Shown here piece by piece: positions 58,262 through 64,000 of a stretch of DNA of 64,000 nt. This DNA comes from Octopus vulgaris (Eukaryota), in NCBI GenBank assembly GCA_951406725.2, contig OX597818.1, positions 137,206,001-137,270,000 on the forward strand, read 5' to 3'. The position numbers and the translations under genes were made by a program. The notes under the pieces were generated by a model. The model searched no databases, was not told where the DNA came from, and was given only the letters and a program-made list of their open reading frames with translations. Every line of letters starts with the position of its first letter. Positions within the stretch are counted from its first letter, which is position 1.

Positions 58262-58664
58262 TGGTTTAAAATTTTGGCACAAGACCAGTACTTTCAAGTA
58301 AGAGTCTAAGTCGATTACATCGATCCCAGCGTTCAAGTGGTACTTATTTTATCGACCCCGAAAAGTTGAAAAGAAAATTCGACCTCGAAAGAATTTGAAC
58401 TCAAAACTTAAAGATGGATCAAATACCAATTTCTTTACTACCCACAAAGGGCTAAACACAGAGGGGACAGACAAACACAAGGACAGACAAACGGATTAAG
58501 TCGATTATATCGATCCCAGTGCGTAACTGGTACTTATTTTATCGACCCCGAAAAGTTGAAAGGAAAATTCTACCTCGAAAGAATTTGAACTCAAAACTTA
58601 AAGATGGATCAAATACCGTTAAGCGTTTTTCAGGTGTGCTAATGATTCTGCCAGCTCGTCGCCT
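58262..58664 (-). mobile_element. SINE family C chimera: young tail between two copies of a diverged body
   Basis: Private variants (aaaagttgaa, cctcgaaagaa, aaacttaaagatggatcaaatacc) present on both sides of the young tail. Confidence 0.85.
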
Positions 58665-59759
58665 TAGAGTAACACTATATTAGTAACAGTTGATGATGAA
58701 AACCAAATCGTACGCACATTTTTATCAGAATTTGTACCGTTTCTTTTCTCATAAATAAACAATATTAAAAACGTCTTGCTTTTGCAGACTTCGTTCAATA
58801 ATAATTTAGTATCACGTGACCGAGGAACACTCATGAACTTTCCTCGTGTCATTCTCGAGTCTGATGGAAGGAAATTAATTCCCCTCCCAAACAGAAACAG
58901 ACCCTGGAAACTTAGCCTAATTGCGTGTAACAATGTGAACCGTGCTACAGTTACCCCAAAACCAGATAATGCTGCTTAAGCTAGCAAAGTATTATGTGTA
59001 CGACACAAAAGCATGAACAGTTCCTCCGACCTGCCATCATAGATCTTCTCACTGCCAAGTTTCACTTACAAGATTTGGTCGACACCGCACTAATGTATAA
59101 GACAGTTGGTGAAGATGCTTCGTGGTGGGCTTGAACTAGAGTCCGCGTTGTCACGAGAGAACTTTTTCATCGCATAACCAAGTCTGTTTACTTGCTTCAC
59201 AACGGAATTGAACACGAGATCACGTAATTTCGAAGGGAACACCTTTCCCATACAACATTGCCAGTTGCCAGGCAGACCGCGTGTTAAGTAAATATATTTT
59301 GTAGGTTTAGCTAATTAATACGCTAACTCAAACATTAATACCTGAACATACACAAGAACGTTAACCTAGCAAAGTTACACTCGGATTATTGATATAAAAC
59401 CTTGCATTTGTTGATATCTTTGAAGCGATACAGATTCGCAGCAGGCTTATTTGCGTCAAAGATCTCTTTCTTTGTAGTTCTGTTGGCGTCTGATAAATAG
59501 TGTTGATTGTACTTGATTGACTCCATTTAGATCAAAACCAGACTTTAAATTCAATCATTTGGCGCAAATGTCAATGCAAACACAATAAGCATTCGTGAAT
59601 CTGTTCAAATACAAATATGCCGGCGGTTGGGGGTAAATGTTACGTTGTCCCAGATTTCACATATCAGTGAAAAAGCATATGTATGTGCATATTCGTATAA
59701 ATGTATACACATGTATACACACATACAATATGTATATAAATAATAATAATAATAATAAT

Positions 59760-59799
<40 letters not shown>

Positions 59800-60123
59800 C
59801 ATATACATATATATATATTTATGTATCTATATACGTATATGTATGTATATAAATATACAATATATCTATCTATATATATATATAAATCTATATAATGTGT
59901 ATATTTATGTATATACATAAATATATATATACACAGAGAGAGGAAGAGAGAGCAGACAGACAGATAGACAGACCTGTGTGTGTTTGCGTGTGTATATGTG
60001 TATGTTGGATTTAATCTTCCTGTAATGAAGGGTATTATTAACTACGTCTTATTTTAGGTTGACTGTATCTATGTTATCTGTGTATTGTAATATTAATGCT
60101 CACATCACATTTCTTGGAATCCA

Positions 60124-60546
<423 letters not shown>

Positions 60547-60808
60547 TTAGTTTATATGTATGTGTGTATGCATGTATCTATATTGCATATATGTATGTAT
60601 GCATGCACGTATGTATATATGCATGTATGCATACACACATACACACTTATGCAAACACAAATATCACAAATGTAAAAAGGCAGGCAGAAAACAGAGACAC
60701 AGTGGTCCAGGTAAATAAAAGTGTCCGTCTGTAAAGGTTTATACTATTATTGGGTTTGTAATTGTCTGTTTGAATGAGTATGTTTAGTTTGTTTGTGTGT
60801 GTGTGTGT

Positions 60809-60864
<56 letters not shown>

Positions 60865-60945
60865 ATGTGTGTGTGAATTTGCGAGTGTTGTATGTGTTTA
60901 CATTTTTGAAGAGACAATAACTTTATTAATATTATCAGTGGTATA

Positions 60946-61390
60946 AGGTGGCGAGCTGGTAGAAACGTTAGCACGCCGGGCGAAATGCGTAGCCATATTT
61001 TGTCTGCCGTTACGTTCTGAGTTCAAATTCCGCCGAGGTCGACTTTGCCTTTCATCCTTTCGGTGTTGATTAAATAAGTACCAGTTACGCACTGGGGTCG
61101 ATGCAATCGTCTTAATCCGTGTGTCTCCTTGTTTGTTCCCTCTGTGTTTAGCCCCTTGTGGGTAGTAAAGAAATAGGTATTTCGTCTGCCGTTACGTTCT
61201 GAATTCAAATTCTGCCGAGGTCGACTTTGCCTTTCATGCTTTCGGGGTCGATTAAATAAGTACCAGTTACGCACTGGGGTTGATGTAATCGACTTAATCC
61301 GTGTGTCTGTCCTTGTTTGTCCCCTCAGTGTGTAGCCCCTTGTGGGTAGTAAAGAAATAGGCATTCGTCTGTCTTTACATTCTGAGTTCT
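60946..61390 (+). mobile_element. SINE family C dimer plus an old body remnant
   Basis: Junctions aaagaaatag|gtatttcgtc and aaagaaatag|gcattcgtctgtctttac. Confidence 0.9.
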
Positions 61391-61516
61391 TATACATATG
61401 TGCATGCATACATACATGCATCCTCTATACATACATACACACATACATCTCCTATACATACTTACTTACACACACACACAAACACACACACACACACACA
61501 AACACACATACATACA

Positions 61517-62492
61517 TCTCTCATACAGCCCCAAAACAGCTGGGCTCTCTTACCCCAGAGAAGACCTGGATGGAAATCACTCAGCATTTACAAATACGAA
61601 GAAAACATGCATGAATATGTTACTCGTAAGTTTGAAGAAGATAGTAGAATTGACACGAAGCGCAGCCTCTCTTGGACACAAGACCACTACATCACATCAC
61701 ACTTCGAAGGCTATGCATTTGCAATCCAAGAACAGGAGATTGCCACAAACTGCCAGGTGAACAAGAGGGACAGTGACGCTCTTGTAATTCCAAGGTGCAA
61801 CCGCATGTGTAGGCATGTGGAAGAGATTACGTGTGTGATTAGAAGATATCCTAAAATGTCACGGTACTACCTCCCATCGCGGTACGATTTTGTTGCTAAA
61901 ACAATTTACAATGCCAACCGCAAAAAAGACTATCCTGAAATAAACTTAAAAAAACTCTCTCTTATGGAATACATTCATAAACATCAACTCAAGGAATACT
62001 GGTGGAATATTCCCATCAAACTTCCGTTAAATGTAAGCGTAACAGGCCGGATATTATTATTTGGGACAGAGGGGTCAGTGGACCTGCAGATATAAATACC
62101 ATAGGGGTTAGTGGCCCTGTAGATATAAATATCTCTTTGAAAATCAAAGAAAAAGAGGATATCCATGGACAACTGCTTCGAAACCTCAAGCTTCTATATC
62201 CAGACTATGAAATCATATTCATACCAATAATAATCGCAGCATTAAGTTTTGTTAGCAAATACTCAAAGGAGAATCTGGAGAAACTGGGATTTTCAGAAAG
62301 AGAAATTAACCGGTTGATTCGTACGTTACAAATCCAATCTGTGAGTGGAACAGTAAAAATATGCAAGACTTTTCTCAAGTTCCAAGTGTGAATTTCACTG
62401 TGTTAACCACATCCGAAAGATGGATCATTATATCTTTGTTGGAAACCGGCTCTCTCCTCAGTGGAAGATTTATAATAATTAAAAATAGAAGA
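61517..62492 (+). mobile_element. 3' fragment of RLE (R4/Dong-like) retrotransposon associated with (TACA)n
   Basis: FEGYAFAIQEQEIAT, RYDFVAK, EYWWNIPIK, KRNRPDIIIWD, KEKEDIHGQLLRNL, GTVKICKTFLKF; flanked by cata repeats. Confidence 0.87.
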
Positions 62493-62543
62493 TACATACA
62501 TACATAATACATACATACATACATACATACATACATACATACA

Positions 62544-62579
<36 letters not shown>

Positions 62580-62584
62580 TATAC

Positions 62585-63520
62585 AATAGACCTGATATGA
62601 TTTGGGATAGATAACAGAAACTGTGTACATTTGTGGAAATCAGCTTCACAATAGGTGTTAACACGAAGCAGAAGGTCAGTGAAAAAGAGAATACCTACGC
62701 TGGACTATTGAGAAATCTGCAGTTATTCTAAACACATTACAAGTTCACGTTTATACTTGTAATCATTGGGGCACTGGGATATGTGGAGGCGCAATGGCCC
62801 AGTGGTTAGGGCAGCGGACTCGCGGTCGTAGGATCGCGTTTTCGATTCCCAGACCGGGCGTTGTGAGTGTTTATTGAGCGAAAACACCTAAAAGCTCCAC
62901 GAGGCTCCGGCAGGGGATGGTGGTGATCCCTGCTGTACTCTTTCACCACAACTTTCTCTCACTCTTACTTCCTGTTTCTGTTGTACCTGTATTTCAAAGG
63001 GCCGGCCTTGTCACTCTCTGTGTCACGCTGAATATCCCCGAGAACTACGTTAAAGGTACACGTGTCTGTGGAGTGCTCAGCCACTTACACGTTAATTTCA
63101 CGAGCAGGCTGTTCCGTTGATCGGATCAACCGGAACCCTCGTCGTCATAACCGACGGAGTGCTTCCACTGGGATATGTAACACACTGTCTCAAAACCAAT
63201 CTTGAGAAATTAGGCTTCTCAAAATCAGAAAGGAGAAACCAAATTCGTGATTACTGTTCCAATCCATCACTAGAACTGTAAAAATCTGTAAAACTTTCCA
63301 GAAGTTTATCATTTAGGTATATATGAGCATGTCTAGATATGCAACTATATGCATGAAAATACATACATAAAATAAAACATACAACTCTGCATGTATACAT
63401 ACATACATACAAAAATACCCTGTTGTTGATGTTGAAATTCCAATGAAGGAGCCTTGGATCTAGGTTAGAAACCGGTTCTTTCGCTTTTGGCAAGAAATCT
63501 TGAAATAAAGCTGAATAGTA
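62585..63520 (+). mobile_element. Second (TACA)n-associated RLE fragment, interrupted by a SINE A
   Basis: NRPDMIWDR..CTFVEIS..KVSEKENTYAGLLRNLQL..VIIGALGY|V..NLEKLGFS; begins after and ends in (TACA)n. Confidence 0.85.
62785..63165 (+). mobile_element. SINE family A with a 13-bp TSD
   Basis: TSD cactgggatatgt at 62772-62784 and 63166-63178. Confidence 0.95.
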
Positions 63521-63607
63521 ACATACATACATACATACATACATACATACATACATACATACATACATACATACATACATACGTACATACATACATACGT
63601 ACATACA

Positions 63608-63638
<31 letters not shown>

Positions 63639-63639
<1 letters not shown>

Positions 63640-63690
63640 GGAATACTTGTGGAACATTCCCATCAAAACATCTGTCAAGTAAAACAGTAA
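63639..63690 (+). mobile_element. Tiny third fragment of the TACA-associated RLE family
   Basis: aggaatacttgtggaacattcccatcaaa matches 61992-62020; directly follows (TACA)n at 63521-63638. Confidence 0.65.
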
Positions 63691-64000
63691 ATGCAGCAAA
63701 CTGAGTTAAAAACCTTTTTAGCTCTCCCTAAGGGTCTTTCCATCATATATGACGACCATGTACTGTATCTTTATGAAGGACACTTAAGCTTTAATCGTAC
63801 AACTTCCATTAACCTTAATTACATCCTCACAAGTTCGTGGACATAGCCTTGAGTAAAGTATAATCCCACGAGCCTGCGGAGAGTAGGTCATGGCCACAGC
63901 CTTGAGTAAAATATAGTTACACGGATGGGAGTGTCTTCTGTGAAGATGAAGCTAGCAATCTCGACGAGGCTATAATCCTACGAATATAGAAGGGCCTGGG

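Noticed and set aside
63438-63480. Hammerhead-like motif in the RLE 3'UTR (atgaagga..gcct/aggt..GAAACCGGTT)
   Set aside because: Lacks the CUGANGA core and stem I; more likely an ordinary 3'UTR stem-loop

Overview
AT-rich, repeat-saturated eukaryotic DNA with no recognisable intact host gene; it is probably intergenic or intronic. The SINE families and microsatellite load point to an octopus/coleoid genome (inference). Content: (1) huge micro/minisatellites, which generate almost all of the ORF track; (2) three tRNA-headed SINE families (called A, B and C here), many with TSDs, with family C forming head-less tandem arrays that look like repeated self-targeted insertion; (3) clusters of 3' fragments of RLE-type (R4/Dong-like) non-LTR retrotransposons, one group in (TAA)n and another in (TACA)n; (4) decayed piggyBac, mariner, maT-like, hAT-like, Helitron, Penelope-like, Tx1/L1-like and CR1 remnants; (5) an 8.56-kb near-identical duplication exactly abutting a 100-N gap, probably an assembly artefact; (6) several type I hammerhead ribozyme motifs, the best within a highly structured 354-bp unit bounded by a 75-bp direct repeat, a candidate cephalopod retrozyme (circular-RNA retroelement). 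All calls were made by eye, and boundaries of decayed elements are approximate.
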